NCBI GenBank assembly: GCA_040217195.1
Contig: JAVJNR010000004.1
Span: 96,001-160,000 of the forward strand
DNA: 64,000 nucleotides
Direction: 5' to 3'
Source: Leptospiraceae bacterium
GTDB lineage: Bacteria > Spirochaetota > Leptospiria > Leptospirales > Leptonemataceae
Part shown: positions 39,590 to 50,129 of the stretch, in pieces
Numbering within the stretch: the stretch's first letter is position 1
Layout: each line of letters opens with the position of its first letter
Made by a program: the position numbers and the translations under genes
The notes under the pieces: model-generated
Databases searched by the model: none
What the model was told of the DNA's origin: nothing
Seen by the model: only the letters and a program-made list of their open reading frames with translations

Positions 39590-42247
39590 TCAGAGACTCT
39601 TCCAGACCTGAAGACGTACATTCCAGTGCTCTCTGGGGATCTGAAGATACCGATCCAGTAGATCAACTATGGACAGCCCGCCAGATCCAGGTAATGACAG
39701 CTTAAAGGAAAGTGTATTATCCTGACGTTCCAGTTCCTGGATGCTGGAGCGTAATGGCTTTTCGTGCATTCGCATGGCAGATTTATGCCTGGGCAGGTTT
39801 CGGACTCTTTTCTTCTTTCTGTCTCTTTTTTCAAAGGATACGGTTTCCGGCGCATTTTTGAGCATCTCCTCAAAACGATCCGCATCTTCCGGATGGAAGA
39901 ATTTGAGTTTGTATCGCTGTTGTTCTTTGCTCTCTTTTTGACGATTCTCTGAAAATTCCACTCCCTTCAATTCCAGGCCCTGCGGTAACTGTTCAGAAAT
40001 TGCCTGAAACCAATCGTCGGCATCTATGGCCCTGTACAGGGACACATCTGCCAATTCCTGCTCACTATGCATATAGATAGGTAGCGAATCCCCGAAATAG
40101 AACTTCTCATGCTTATTGAAGCCACGGGTAAAGGTCATGGGTAGGCCGGCCCTGCGAAGAGCTTTTCGCAAGGCATCCATCATATCGAGATGACTTACAT
40201 AGGCAAAATTACCTGTCTTGGAGAATTTCAGTCGGAGAAAACCAGCCCTCTTTTGTTTTTCTTCTGGAATGGTAACCGGCTTTAAAAGCTCCGGAGGAAA
40301 ATCAGATTCCTTCAGAGCCTGCTTATGCGGCGGATTCATGTTCTCTTCGGTGATGGATTCAAACTTTTCAAAATCCTTTATCAACCTGTCTCGAGGAAAA
40401 CCCTCTACGATGTCTTCGAAAGCAAGAGGAGTGCCGCCTGCTTTCTTTCCCATCCAGTGATGCTGCAGTTCCGGCGGTAGCTCGGTCATCACTGATTCCC
40501 ATACATCCTGCTGAAACCCATCGTCCCAGGAGTCAAAGCTGGCTCCTTCTCGAAAAGCCTTCTCCAGATAATAGGACACTCGATGGTCGGATCGACTAAG
40601 CAATCCCTCTACCCAGCTCATCCACGGTGTTGGATGTCTTACATGAACGCGATTCGTTGTTAAACCGGACTTGATCCTTTCAATGCTTTCGTTAAAGAAA
40701 TCCGGGCCTTTCTGTTCTTCCCATTGAAATGTAGTAAATGGCTTGGGAACGAATAGCGATACAGTAACGTTTACTTTTTTACGAGGACCGCATTCTCTGG
40801 CCAGATCGCCCAGAGCATTTAATGACTTGATCAAATCTTCTACTTCACGGCCATCCCTGTCTGGCAGGCCCAGCATGAAATAAACTTTCACCAGGTCCCA
40901 GCCCCGGCCGTAGATTTCACGGATTAAATAATGCAAGTTATCTTCCGAGGATTTTTTTCGAATCCTCTCTCTCATCAGCTCTGAACCCGCTTCCAGCGCA
41001 AAGGTAACATTGGATTTTCGAATACCGGACGTCATCTCCAGAACAGGAATCGTTTTTACCTGAACTCGCAAACTGGGCAGAGAAAGAGAGACTCCTTCCG
41101 GACCATAGGCATGGGCCATATCCACAACAAGCTCTTCCAGCCAGGGGTAATCAGCTATGGATAGACTATGCAAGGTAATAGTATCATTGCCGGTACGCTT
41201 GAGTAAGTCTCCGGCTATTCGCACAAGATTACTTACTTCTGCATTTCTAACCGGTCGTTTCCAGAAACCGGCATGACAGAAGCGACATCCCTGACCACAG
41301 CCGCGATTCACTTCCACCACCACTCGATCTTGAGTAATGGAAATACTGGGTACTATCACATGCTCAAGAGCCGCAAATTCTTTGGCTCGATAAGTCCTCT
41401 TCGCTTCCACCGGTCCCTGATAATGGGCTTCACCGTTTTCATGTATGGTGGCAGTATAATGATCCGGAAGAATCAAACCTTCCACGGATTGCAGCTCGGC
41501 CAGTAAAGCTTTTCTGCTCAGTCCTCTTTCTTTGGCGCTGGCCACAATATCCATCACTTCCATGATGGCTTCTTCACCATCGCCCATGAAGATTCCATCC
41601 AGAAAATCAAATAGGGGCAATGGGTTAGAAACCGCCGTTCCACCGGTGATGATAATTGGATGATCGCCGGTCCTGTCCTGCCTGCGCACTGGAATTCCAG
41701 CCAGGTCAAGAGCATATAGAAGATTCGTATAATGCAATTCATGGGCCGTATTGAAGGCCCATACATCGAAAGACCGAACGGCAAAATGCTGATCCAGGCT
41801 GTACAGAGGGATCCCTTCCTCCTTCATCAAGCCACGAAAATCCGGCCATGGCAAAAACGTGCGATCTGCATACAGATCCGGCCTTCTCTGCACACAGTCA
41901 TACAGGATCTTGAGGCCCTCATTGGACATACCCAGCTCATATGTGTCTGGATAAGAAAAAACTATCCTGGCCCTGGTAGAGGAGACATCCTTATTGGGTA
42001 CTCCAAATTCGCCACCCGTATATCGTCCCGGCTTCTCTACCTTTTGCAGGAGCGGAAGGATGAGATCCCGGTTCATAAGCTCCGGTTCGGTGCCAAATGG
42101 TACATCTCCATCGTATTTTCCGGAGAACTGAACCTTTTCGATCACCGGTGATTCCGTAGCAGGAGCGGATTCCGGGATTTCCGCATTTAGAGTAATAGTA
42201 TTACCCTGGTTGGTTTCTTCCGATGTTGGGGACTGATTTAATGACAT
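39590..42247 (-). CDS. Radical SAM protein (TIGR03960-like) fused to radical-SAM-linked (DUF2344/TIGR03936-like) domain
   Basis: KPGRYTGGE, PDTYELGMSN, RGCGQGCRFC, FVPKPFT; C-terminal YVSHLD...RRAGLP...GFN; ATG 42247. Confidence 0.88.
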   Translation of the reverse strand: MSLNQSPTSEETNQGNTITLNAEIPESAPATESPVIEKVQFSGKYDGDVPFGTEPELMNRDLILPLLQKVEKPGRYTGGEFGVPNKDVSSTRARIVFSYPDTYELGMSNEGLKILYDCVQRRPDLYADRTFLPWPDFRGLMKEEGIPLYSLDQHFAVRSFDVWAFNTAHELHYTNLLYALDLAGIPVRRQDRTGDHPIIITGGTAVSNPLPLFDFLDGIFMGDGEEAIMEVMDIVASAKERGLSRKALLAELQSVEGLILPDHYTATIHENGEAHYQGPVEAKRTYRAKEFAALEHVIVPSISITQDRVVVEVNRGCGQGCRFCHAGFWKRPVRNAEVSNLVRIAGDLLKRTGNDTITLHSLSIADYPWLEELVVDMAHAYGPEGVSLSLPSLRVQVKTIPVLEMTSGIRKSNVTFALEAGSELMRERIRKKSSEDNLHYLIREIYGRGWDLVKVYFMLGLPDRDGREVEDLIKSLNALGDLARECGPRKKVNVTVSLFVPKPFTTFQWEEQKGPDFFNESIERIKSGLTTNRVHVRHPTPWMSWVEGLLSRSDHRVSYYLEKAFREGASFDSWDDGFQQDVWESVMTELPPELQHHWMGKKAGGTPLAFEDIVEGFPRDRLIKDFEKFESITEENMNPPHKQALKESDFPPELLKPVTIPEEKQKRAGFLRLKFSKTGNFAYVSHLDMMDALRKALRRAGLPMTFTRGFNKHEKFYFGDSLPIYMHSEQELADVSLYRAIDADDWFQAISEQLPQGLELKGVEFSENRQKESKEQQRYKLKFFHPEDADRFEEMLKNAPETVSFEKRDRKKKRVRNLPRHKSAMRMHEKPLRSSIQELERQDNTLSFKLSLPGSGGLSIVDLLDRYLQIPREHWNVRLQVWKSL

Positions 42248-42357
42248 GTTGAATCTCGATTGGGTCGGGACAGAATAGATAAGATTTCGGGCAGAAAGGC
42301 CGTTCAGACAATTTAGCAAAGCAGTGGCAAGTGTCCACTGAAAGCCTGTGGAGGAAG

Positions 42358-42732
42358 TCAGGTTCGTTCCAGAGCCTTGATTACGCGTTCGGCCAGAACA
42401 TCCCGCTTCACAGGGCGGGTAATGAAGTCAAGAGCTCCCATGCCAAGCACAGTCTTAATTAGAGGGGCACTATTCTCTACAGATACAAAGATGACCTTTA
42501 TTTCGGGGGCCATCTGTTTTAACTCGTAGAAGGCTGCATAACCGTCCACCACCGGCATTATGATGTCCATAATGACTACGTCTGCACTCCTGGGATTATT
42601 GCGAACCCAGTCCAGGAGTTCTTTTCCATTCTTGCATACCTGGAGCACTTTGAATTTTCTGGACTCCAGTATTTGGCGGAATTCCAGAGCCTCAAAATTC
42701 TTATCGTCACATATTAAGATTCTGGGATTCAT
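42358..42732 (-). CDS. Single-domain response regulator
   Basis: ILICDD, IMDIIMP..DG; FITRP in place of the usual KP. Confidence 0.85.
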   Translation of the reverse strand: MNPRILICDDKNFEALEFRQILESRKFKVLQVCKNGKELLDWVRNNPRSADVVIMDIIMPVVDGYAAFYELKQMAPEIKVIFVSVENSAPLIKTVLGMGALDFITRPVKRDVLAERVIKALERT

Positions 42733-42759
42733 AGGACGTTATATCTTCTCTTCCGGGGG

Positions 42760-43854
42760 CTACAGATGGTCCATAATGGCATCGGTCATTTCCCGGGTAT
42801 TGATGATTTTTTCGCCTGGACCGGCCAGATCTCCGGTACGGGCTCCGGATTCTATAGCTTTACGAACTGCAGTATCAATACGGTCAGCAACCCCGGTTTC
42901 TTCAAAACTGTATCGTAACATTAGAGAGGCGCTCAATATTTGAGCTATCGGATTTGCCACACCCTTGCCTGCAATATCGGGCGCTGTACCACCACTGGGC
43001 TCATAAAGACCGAAACCCCTTTCCGTTGATAGAGAAGCAGAAGCCAGCATTCCCAGACTTCCGCCCAGTACCGATGCTTCATCACTTAAAATATCACCGA
43101 ACATATTTCCGCACAATAATACGTCAAAGCTAGTGGGACGCAGGATCAACTGCATGGCCCCATTGTCCACGTACATGTGGTCCAGTTCGATTTTCTTTTC
43201 CTGCTCTTGATTGTATTTCTCTGCGAATTCAGTAACTACTTCACGCCATAGCACCATGCTACTTAGAACGTTGGCTTTATCAATGCTTGTAACTCGTCTC
43301 TTTCGCTGACTGGCAGAATCAAACGCTACCTTTGCGATTCGCTCGATCTCATATCGATGATAGACCATTGTATCAAAGGCTTTTTCCTGGTCTCCGTCTC
43401 CCTCTCGACCTTTGGGCTGGCCAAAATAGACATCTCCTGTGAGCTCCCTTACAATGAGCATGTCCACACCATCTCCTATCCTTTCCTGCTTTAACGGAGA
43501 GGATGCAGATAATTCCGGAAATAGCCTGACTGGTCTGAGATTGGCGAATAAGGAAAAATGCTTTCTTAGAGGTAGTAATGCACCTCTTTCAGGCTGACGC
43601 TCGGGAGGTAGATTCTCCCATTTTGGTCCACCCACCGAGCCAAACAGGATGGCATCGGACTGCTCGCAGAGTTTTAGAGTTTCGTCCGGTAGAGGAACTC
43701 CGGTTAAATCAATGGCTGCGCCGCCCACCGGGGCCTCGGCCAGAGAATAGTTGGACCAATCATTGCCCAGGGCCTTTTCCAGCACCTCAATGGCGGAATT
43801 CATAACCTCCGGACCAATTCCATCTCCGGGCAGAACAGCAATCTTTCGAGCCAT
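42760..43854 (-). CDS. leuB: 3-isopropylmalate dehydrogenase
   Basis: [41 protein letters not shown]. Confidence 0.96.
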   Translation of the reverse strand: MARKIAVLPGDGIGPEVMNSAIEVLEKALGNDWSNYSLAEAPVGGAAIDLTGVPLPDETLKLCEQSDAILFGSVGGPKWENLPPERQPERGALLPLRKHFSLFANLRPVRLFPELSASSPLKQERIGDGVDMLIVRELTGDVYFGQPKGREGDGDQEKAFDTMVYHRYEIERIAKVAFDSASQRKRRVTSIDKANVLSSMVLWREVVTEFAEKYNQEQEKKIELDHMYVDNGAMQLILRPTSFDVLLCGNMFGDILSDEASVLGGSLGMLASASLSTERGFGLYEPSGGTAPDIAGKGVANPIAQILSASLMLRYSFEETGVADRIDTAVRKAIESGARTGDLAGPGEKIINTREMTDAIMDHL

Positions 43855-43910
43855 GCCGCAATAAATTGGCAGGCTACAGTAGTGTCAAGGTTGACTTGGC
43901 GAAGGAAGCT

Positions 43911-44342
43911 CTATCGGTGATATTCGAGGTAAGCTTTTAGCGGACCCAGGAAATACTCGCCCCATCCTTCTCTATGAGCTTCTCGAACTTTTCTTCCGGG
44001 CAAACCGGAATGGCAGAGGATTAATTCTGTGCCGCGATCCACTTCACGAAATGTCCAGGTTACCATGGAATCCTTCCAGTCTGGATCCCACCATTGCTCT
44101 CGAAGGGTATACATCATTCGCACAGGCGGCTGGATTTCGCAGACCATTCCGGTCATTTCACCGTCCCAGAAAAAGAATTTTCCGCCTGGCCGAGCCTGGA
44201 ACCGGGAAGGTCCTGCTCCCCACTCATCAATGATACGAGCCGTGGTCATGGCATCGAATACTTCACGTATCGGGGCTCGAATTACTTCGATCTCGTAGAT
44301 CTCCGCTTTAACTTCTTCTTTTGTGCGATCCAGTAATGGCAT
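43911..44342 (-). CDS. SRPBCC/AHSA1-like domain protein
   Basis: IRAPIREVFDAMT...W, RPGG, GTELILCH, GWGEY. Confidence 0.82.
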   Translation of the reverse strand: MPLLDRTKEEVKAEIYEIEVIRAPIREVFDAMTTARIIDEWGAGPSRFQARPGGKFFFWDGEMTGMVCEIQPPVRMMYTLREQWWDPDWKDSMVTWTFREVDRGTELILCHSGLPGRKVREAHREGWGEYFLGPLKAYLEYHR

Positions 44343-44469
44343 TATTCTATCCCCTCTTCAGTACCGTCGGATAAATACCTGGATTCACTTAGCTTTTTTT
44401 GGAAGGATGGAGGATAATTGATCTCGGGTTATACCCCTGTACGGTTTTTTTCAACCAACTCGGTATCTC

Positions 44470-45642
44470 TCAGCTGTGCGAGTCACCGGAAAGATAGCGG
44501 AATTCCTTTTCTGCAAACCGATCTGTCATACCTGAAATATAATCTGCGATTACCCGTTCCAGGCCCACTTCTGGCACACGTATCTGAACATGTGAGGGCA
44601 TTAAATCCGGACGATTACAATAGGTTTGAAACAGGTACTCGATCATTTTTTCCCCGCGGTAAGACATTCGCTTCACCGAAGGGTCCATATACAGCTTTTC
44701 TTTCATGAATGTATGCATGGACTGAAGTCTGGATTTGACTCCGGAACTGTTTCTAACCGGCAATTCCGCTGGTTGAAGGGTAAACACATCCTGAAGAGAT
44801 AAAAACTTCGCATCCTCAATGGCTTCGCTGGAACTCTGGATTAAATCGTTCAGACACTCATTGAGCAGGGAGCGCACAACTGTGCGAATCTGAAGCGGTA
44901 GTCTGGCCTCTCTAAATTCCAATCCGTTCGTATCCATGCATTCTTCAAAAGCATGGACCCAGAACGTCTCTTTTGAAAGATCTTCCATGGTTAAATAGCC
45001 GCTGTCCAGGCCGTCTTCCAGATCATGATGCAGATATGCGATACGATCACATAGATCCACAAGTCTTGCCTCCAGAGAAACGCCGGTGCGCATTTCCCGA
45101 ATTCCTTCCAGATGTTCGTCGCAGCTATAAATTCTGCCATGCTTCATCATTCCTGCCAGAGTAATTCGAGTCAGGTTGAGCCCGGGCCAGGATGGATACC
45201 TGGATTCCAGAGCACTTACAATGCGAAGACTCTGGCAATTGTGTTCAAATCCGCCGTGTCCCTGCATCAGTCGATGAAGGGCGTCCTGACCTGCATGTCC
45301 AAAAGGAGTGTGACCCAGGTCATGCGCCAGAGATAGTGTTTCTGCATAATCTGCATTGAGCGACAGAGAGCGAGCTACGGAACGGGAAATCTGAGCCACC
45401 TCCAGGCTGTGAGTGAGCCTGGTGCGATAATTATCGCCTTCTGAATTTACAAAAACCTGTGTTTTGTAACCCAGTCTTCGAAACGCCTTGGAATGAAGCA
45501 CTCGATCCCGGTCCCGATGGAGCGCAGTGCGGAAGGGATGCTCTGGTTCTTCATGCAGCCGACCTGCATGCTCACCGTGTCTTACTGCATAGGCCGCCAG
45601 GTGACGGTCTTCCATATTTTCCAGATTTTCCAGGGTCTTCAT
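44470..45642 (-). CDS. dgt: Deoxyguanosinetriphosphate triphosphohydrolase
   Basis: RDRDRVLHS, FRRL..KTQV, RTRLTHSLEV, HDLGHTPFGH, DYISGMTD. Confidence 0.94.
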   Translation of the reverse strand: MKTLENLENMEDRHLAAYAVRHGEHAGRLHEEPEHPFRTALHRDRDRVLHSKAFRRLGYKTQVFVNSEGDNYRTRLTHSLEVAQISRSVARSLSLNADYAETLSLAHDLGHTPFGHAGQDALHRLMQGHGGFEHNCQSLRIVSALESRYPSWPGLNLTRITLAGMMKHGRIYSCDEHLEGIREMRTGVSLEARLVDLCDRIAYLHHDLEDGLDSGYLTMEDLSKETFWVHAFEECMDTNGLEFREARLPLQIRTVVRSLLNECLNDLIQSSSEAIEDAKFLSLQDVFTLQPAELPVRNSSGVKSRLQSMHTFMKEKLYMDPSVKRMSYRGEKMIEYLFQTYCNRPDLMPSHVQIRVPEVGLERVIADYISGMTDRFAEKEFRYLSGDSHS

Positions 45643-45732
45643 GATTGGTTCTCGTTCAGACTAACATTGTGGCAGAGCACTGCGACATCTTTTTTTGCTT
45701 CCCTTCCTGTCCTCCGCTGGGATCTATCCATT

Positions 45733-46167
45733 ATGCAAACTGGTCCGGGAATCGCCGCAGCATTGGCTGTACTCATACTGTTTCAAGTGAACTGTGCTTC
45801 CAATAGTCGTCCCGGATATACAGAACCAGATGATGTATCCGGCGCTGTGAGCTATTATGATTCCATTCCCGAGCAATGCAATGAAGTTCGAGGACTGAAA
45901 CAGAAGGTTGTGAAATCTGCAGATTCGGAAGCAGAGCTGATCAACCACTATGGGATTACATTTCTGGTCCGATTCCAGGACAGGGAAAGCCCGGCGCTCT
46001 ATGGGACTCTGTATTATCAGAATCCGCGCAAGAATCTTTACTGCATGGCTCTGGCCGATGGTAGATTCGCCAGCTTTAGCGATAGTCAGATAGATGCCAC
46101 CCGAAGGAACTTCGTCCAGGAAGTCTGTCATCCGCTGAAGAAATGTGAGCGGATTAAGCTGGATTGA
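45733..46167 (+). CDS. Putative Leptospiraceae-type lipoprotein
   Basis: Signal ...ILFQVNC from ATG 45733; several Cys. Confidence 0.65.
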   Translation: MQTGPGIAAALAVLILFQVNCASNSRPGYTEPDDVSGAVSYYDSIPEQCNEVRGLKQKVVKSADSEAELINHYGITFLVRFQDRESPALYGTLYYQNPRKNLYCMALADGRFASFSDSQIDATRRNFVQEVCHPLKKCERIKLD

Positions 46168-46389
46168 TTGTAGTCCATATTATCCAGGCTCTCTGGATAA
46201 CCGCTGCTGCAGACTTGTGGGTAAACAGAGTTATCCCCTTGCGAAAAGAAAAGCCTGAAGTTCTTCAACCGAAGAGTCCAGGAAGTAATCCGCACGGAAA
46301 TATATCTCAAATTGAATCGATGCACTGCCCGGATTCGGGCTATCCTGTATCATGAGGACACCTCAATACGAAATCTTTAGAGTCCAAAG

Positions 46390-46878
46390 CTACAGGTTCG
46401 CAAAATGGTTTTTCCAGACAGCAAGCTGGCCCGCATGATATGATTCATGTAGCAACAAAAGGTACACCAGCAAAGAGCCTACATTACCAAAAGCCCTGGC
46501 CCAACGGTCCAGTCCCGGGGTGGCCGACAGTTGTTCCACAGGCATGGCCAGCAAAGCTGACTCGATTCTGGCATGGCTATCAGTATAGATACTCACCAAT
46601 TCTGACCGCCCCGGATATAGTTCTGGTTTATCAACGGGTTTAGATCCAGCATCAAATATTCCGGCATCCGATCGGGTAGAAGGGTCAATAACCACTTCGC
46701 CTTGAATCAATTGAAGAATGGCAGGATGATAGTGCAGCAGATGAGAAACGATCCAGGCTGGATGATTGGCAATTCCATTACTCTGAGCCGTAATCTGGTC
46801 CGGAATACTATCAAGCAAGGATAGCACTTGCTCCTTGTTCCTGACCTGACCCTCCAATAATAATTCTTTCTGGTTCAT
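46390..46878 (-). CDS. DinB/YfiT-like protein
   Basis: NHPAWIVSHL, HESYHAGQL; SD GGAGG before ATG 46878 (true gene is the 3' part of ORF 46390..47700). Confidence 0.85.
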   Translation of the reverse strand: MNQKELLLEGQVRNKEQVLSLLDSIPDQITAQSNGIANHPAWIVSHLLHYHPAILQLIQGEVVIDPSTRSDAGIFDAGSKPVDKPELYPGRSELVSIYTDSHARIESALLAMPVEQLSATPGLDRWARAFGNVGSLLVYLLLLHESYHAGQLAVWKNHFANL

Positions 46879-47155
46879 AAAACAAATCCTCCGATCCTGC
46901 CCGCGCAATAATCCAATACCCATTGCCCGAAACGCAATTGGAACGAGCAGGCGCAGGCCCATAACAAGAATAACGAATTCAATTACCAGAAGAATCCAGG
47001 CGACGAACCAATCTTTCGCAAAAGCGTACTTCCAGATGCCCGGTGCGCAGGCAGGGGTAATATTCTTCCAGAAATGACGATTGCAGCCAAGATCCTCTAT
47101 ACAGAGGCTGGTTTTCAGGGGCCCGCCGGAAAAATGATTCTGGTTAGGTATCAAA

Positions 47156-48376
47156 ATGGAATTTCTCAAGAAGTCTTCGAATTTTAACCCGTTTACTTTT
47201 AACCGAATGATTCTTGTTTGGCTGGGCATTGGCATCCTGGGTGGGACACTTGCCAGCCTATACTGGATCTTACTGGAACATGTAATATCGATATTTACGC
47301 TATTGCAGGGTTGGTTAGTAATACCCGGTATGGCTCTGGCCGGACTGTTGGCCGGAATCGCAATCAAAGCCCTGGGAGATCCAGGGGAAATGTCCATGAT
47401 CGTCGATAACATCCGATTCAGAAATGGAAAACTAAATCCAAAGAACAATATATCGATGATGATCTCCTCTCTCCTCTGTGTAGGTTCGGGAGGTAGCCTC
47501 GGGCCGGAAGCGCCTCTGGTGCAGATAACCGGCTCATTCAGTTCCTTAATCGGGCGATTTCTTCGACTGAGTAGAAGTGAAAGACGCTCTATAACTATAT
47601 CTGGAATGGCTGCCGGGTTTACGGCACTATTTGGGGCCCCCATAGGGGGAAGCCTCTTTGCCGTGGAGATACTCCACCATAAACAAGTGGTCGAATACAA
47701 GGAAGCTCTGCTTCCTGCCTTCGTATCCAGCTGCGCGAGCTATCTGGTATTTGCCACATTATTGCACATCGGTGTTGGCCCTACGTGGGTCTTCCCTCGA
47801 GCGGATCTTTCCCTTTCCGATTCCCTTATATCTCTTGGTCTGGCTCCACTTGGAGCAATGGCCGGATGGATCTTTATAGGATTAACCTACTATTTTCGGG
47901 ATCTCTGGAAAAGTATTGGAGCGCCAATTTATGTCCAAATGGCCTGCGGAGGGATAATCCTGGGACTTTTGGCCTTCTACATTCCTGTGACCAGATACTT
48001 TGGTCACCAGGAGATTAACCATCTTCTCAATGGCGAATACTCAAGGATGAGTCTAGCGACCATCGTTGTTGTAAAGTTAATCGCTATTTCTGTGACCGTA
48101 ACTTCAGGTTGGCGGGGAGGTTTCATCATCCCGCTACTCTTTGTGGGTACGGCTCTGGGGCTGCTGGTCCATGCCGTATATCCTGACATCTCCGTATCGG
48201 TAGCTTGCATTAGCTGCATGGCCTCTATCAACGCTTGCGTCACCCGAACCCCTTTAAGCACCGCCATCCTCCTATCAACCATGACTGGTTTTGGGTCTCT
48301 GGTTCCGATCCTGTGCGCCAGCTTCGGAGGCTTCTTCCTGGCTCCGCGGAAGGCATTTATTGAGGCTCAGCGATAG
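47156..48376 (+). CDS. ClC-family chloride channel/transporter
   Basis: GGSLGPEAP, GMAAGFTALFGAP, GWRGGFIIP. Confidence 0.9.
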   Translation: MEFLKKSSNFNPFTFNRMILVWLGIGILGGTLASLYWILLEHVISIFTLLQGWLVIPGMALAGLLAGIAIKALGDPGEMSMIVDNIRFRNGKLNPKNNISMMISSLLCVGSGGSLGPEAPLVQITGSFSSLIGRFLRLSRSERRSITISGMAAGFTALFGAPIGGSLFAVEILHHKQVVEYKEALLPAFVSSCASYLVFATLLHIGVGPTWVFPRADLSLSDSLISLGLAPLGAMAGWIFIGLTYYFRDLWKSIGAPIYVQMACGGIILGLLAFYIPVTRYFGHQEINHLLNGEYSRMSLATIVVVKLIAISVTVTSGWRGGFIIPLLFVGTALGLLVHAVYPDISVSVACISCMASINACVTRTPLSTAILLSTMTGFGSLVPILCASFGGFFLAPRKAFIEAQR

Positions 48377-48455
48377 AGAGTTCCGGCAGGATCTGGAACC
48401 TATCGCTACCGAAAAATACCCCCAGTAGAGTTTTTTCAATAGAATGCGCGGATAG

Positions 48456-50129
48456 TTGATCGAAATCAAGGATCTTATCTATGAAAACGCATACCATTCC
48501 TTTGAAATGTACTCTTTCGCGTCAGACGTTACTGTGGTGGGTGGAGGATTGGCCGGGCTGGCTGCTGCCCTGGAATTGATCGAACGAAAGAAAAGAGTCC
48601 TGCTGCTGGAGAAGTCTGGGCCAGATCGCCTGGGCGGGCTCGCAAGGGAGTCTTTTGGTGGCATTTGTCTCGTTAATACCCCGGAGCAAAGGCGGCTGGG
48701 GATCTGCGATCGCCCCTCACTGGCCTTGCAAGACTGGCTGAACTTTGCAGAATTCGAGAACGAGGATTGGCCCAGGCAATGGGCTGAGCAATACGTTTGT
48801 CGTAGTATCCCGGAAATCTATGAATGGCTGCAAAGACTCAAAGTAACCTTCTTACCCATCGTTAATTGGCCCGAGCGAGGTTTATTCGTTCCGGGCAACT
48901 CCGTTCCCAGGTGGCATATCGTATGGGGAACCGGGCAATACCTAATCCAGCAGCTACTGTCCTACATCGGAAACCATCGCAATAGAGAATTATTGGAGAT
49001 CCGGTACAATTGTGATGTTCAATCCCTGGAAGTTTCGAACGGGGAAGTGACCGGCTGCTCGGGAAAGATATATCTGGATGATCAAAGACCAGACGTAGAG
49101 TTTCGGTCCAGTTCAGAAGCGGTCCTTCTGGCGGCAGGCGGAATATGCGGAAACCTGAATCTAGTGCGAAGCCACTGGCCTTCAAGCTGGGGTAATCCAC
49201 CAAAACAAATGCTTAACGGTTCTCATGAGAATGCAAACGGAACGGTGCATGACATGGCAGCCAGGGCAGGTGCCTCCATTACTCATCTGGACTTACAATT
49301 TCACTATGCAGCTGGCATTGCTCATCCTAGTCCAAGAAGGCCCGATCATGGATTGAGCCTGGTTCCCCCTCGTTCTGCACTCTGGGTGAATGCAATAGGG
49401 GAAAGAATCGGACCGGTACCACTGGTAGGTGGCTTTGATACACGAGCCCTGGTAGAAGCTATTTGCGGCGAGCCCGGGCAGTATTCCTGGCAAATCTTGA
49501 ACTGGCAAATAGCGATCCATGAATTGGCCGTATCGGGCTCTGAATACATGACAGATTTCAGAGATCGAAAAAAGCTTCGTATGTTAAAACACCTGCTCTT
49601 TGGAAATAGAAAACTGGTGCGTCGTCTATTGAGCGAAAGCGATGATTTCGTGCAGGCGCAGTCACTTCCGGAACTGGTTAACAATATGAACCAACTGAAC
49701 ACAGAATACAAAGTGGATGAAGAGATTCTGCGCAAGAGTATTGAAAGATACGATGAGAACCTGAAAAGAAAGGAGTGCTACCGAAATGACGACCAGATTA
49801 GGCGCATCTCAGCAGTTCGGGCCTATCGCGGCGATAGACTCAGAACAGCGAAGTTTATACCAATCCTGAGTTCATCCGCCAGACCCCTGATTGCAATCAG
49901 GGAGAGAATCATCAGTCGAAAAAGCCTGGGCGGCATACGGACCAATTTGCAAAGCCAAGTACTGAATGATCAGGATACAGTCATTTCCGGCCTGTACGCA
50001 GCCGGGGAGATGGCTGGTTTTGGAGGCGGTGGAATACATGGAAAAAGGTCTCTGGAAGGAACTTTCCTGGGCAGCTGCATACTCACGGGTAGGGCCGCGG
50101 GCAAATCCATAGCAGGAGAACTATTATGA
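48456..50129 (+). CDS. FAD-binding oxidoreductase (FAD_binding_2, ketosteroid-dehydrogenase-like)
   Basis: VVGGGLAG, SFGG, GNSVPRWH, RKSLGG, GLYAAGE, LEGTFLGSC; start could be ATG 48507. Confidence 0.88.
   Translation: MIEIKDLIYENAYHSFEMYSFASDVTVVGGGLAGLAAALELIERKKRVLLLEKSGPDRLGGLARESFGGICLVNTPEQRRLGICDRPSLALQDWLNFAEFENEDWPRQWAEQYVCRSIPEIYEWLQRLKVTFLPIVNWPERGLFVPGNSVPRWHIVWGTGQYLIQQLLSYIGNHRNRELLEIRYNCDVQSLEVSNGEVTGCSGKIYLDDQRPDVEFRSSSEAVLLAAGGICGNLNLVRSHWPSSWGNPPKQMLNGSHENANGTVHDMAARAGASITHLDLQFHYAAGIAHPSPRRPDHGLSLVPPRSALWVNAIGERIGPVPLVGGFDTRALVEAICGEPGQYSWQILNWQIAIHELAVSGSEYMTDFRDRKKLRMLKHLLFGNRKLVRRLLSESDDFVQAQSLPELVNNMNQLNTEYKVDEEILRKSIERYDENLKRKECYRNDDQIRRISAVRAYRGDRLRTAKFIPILSSSARPLIAIRERIISRKSLGGIRTNLQSQVLNDQDTVISGLYAAGEMAGFGGGGIHGKRSLEGTFLGSCILTGRAAGKSIAGELL

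Noticed and set aside
46879..47155. Fluoride riboswitch / CLC-F exporter
   Set aside because: No recognisable riboswitch consensus, and the protein lacks the GNNLI/GREGT/GEVTP signatures
46390..47700. 436-aa minus-strand ORF as a single gene
   Set aside because: Its 5' part is antisense to the well-supported ClC gene; only 46390-46878 has an SD and DinB motifs
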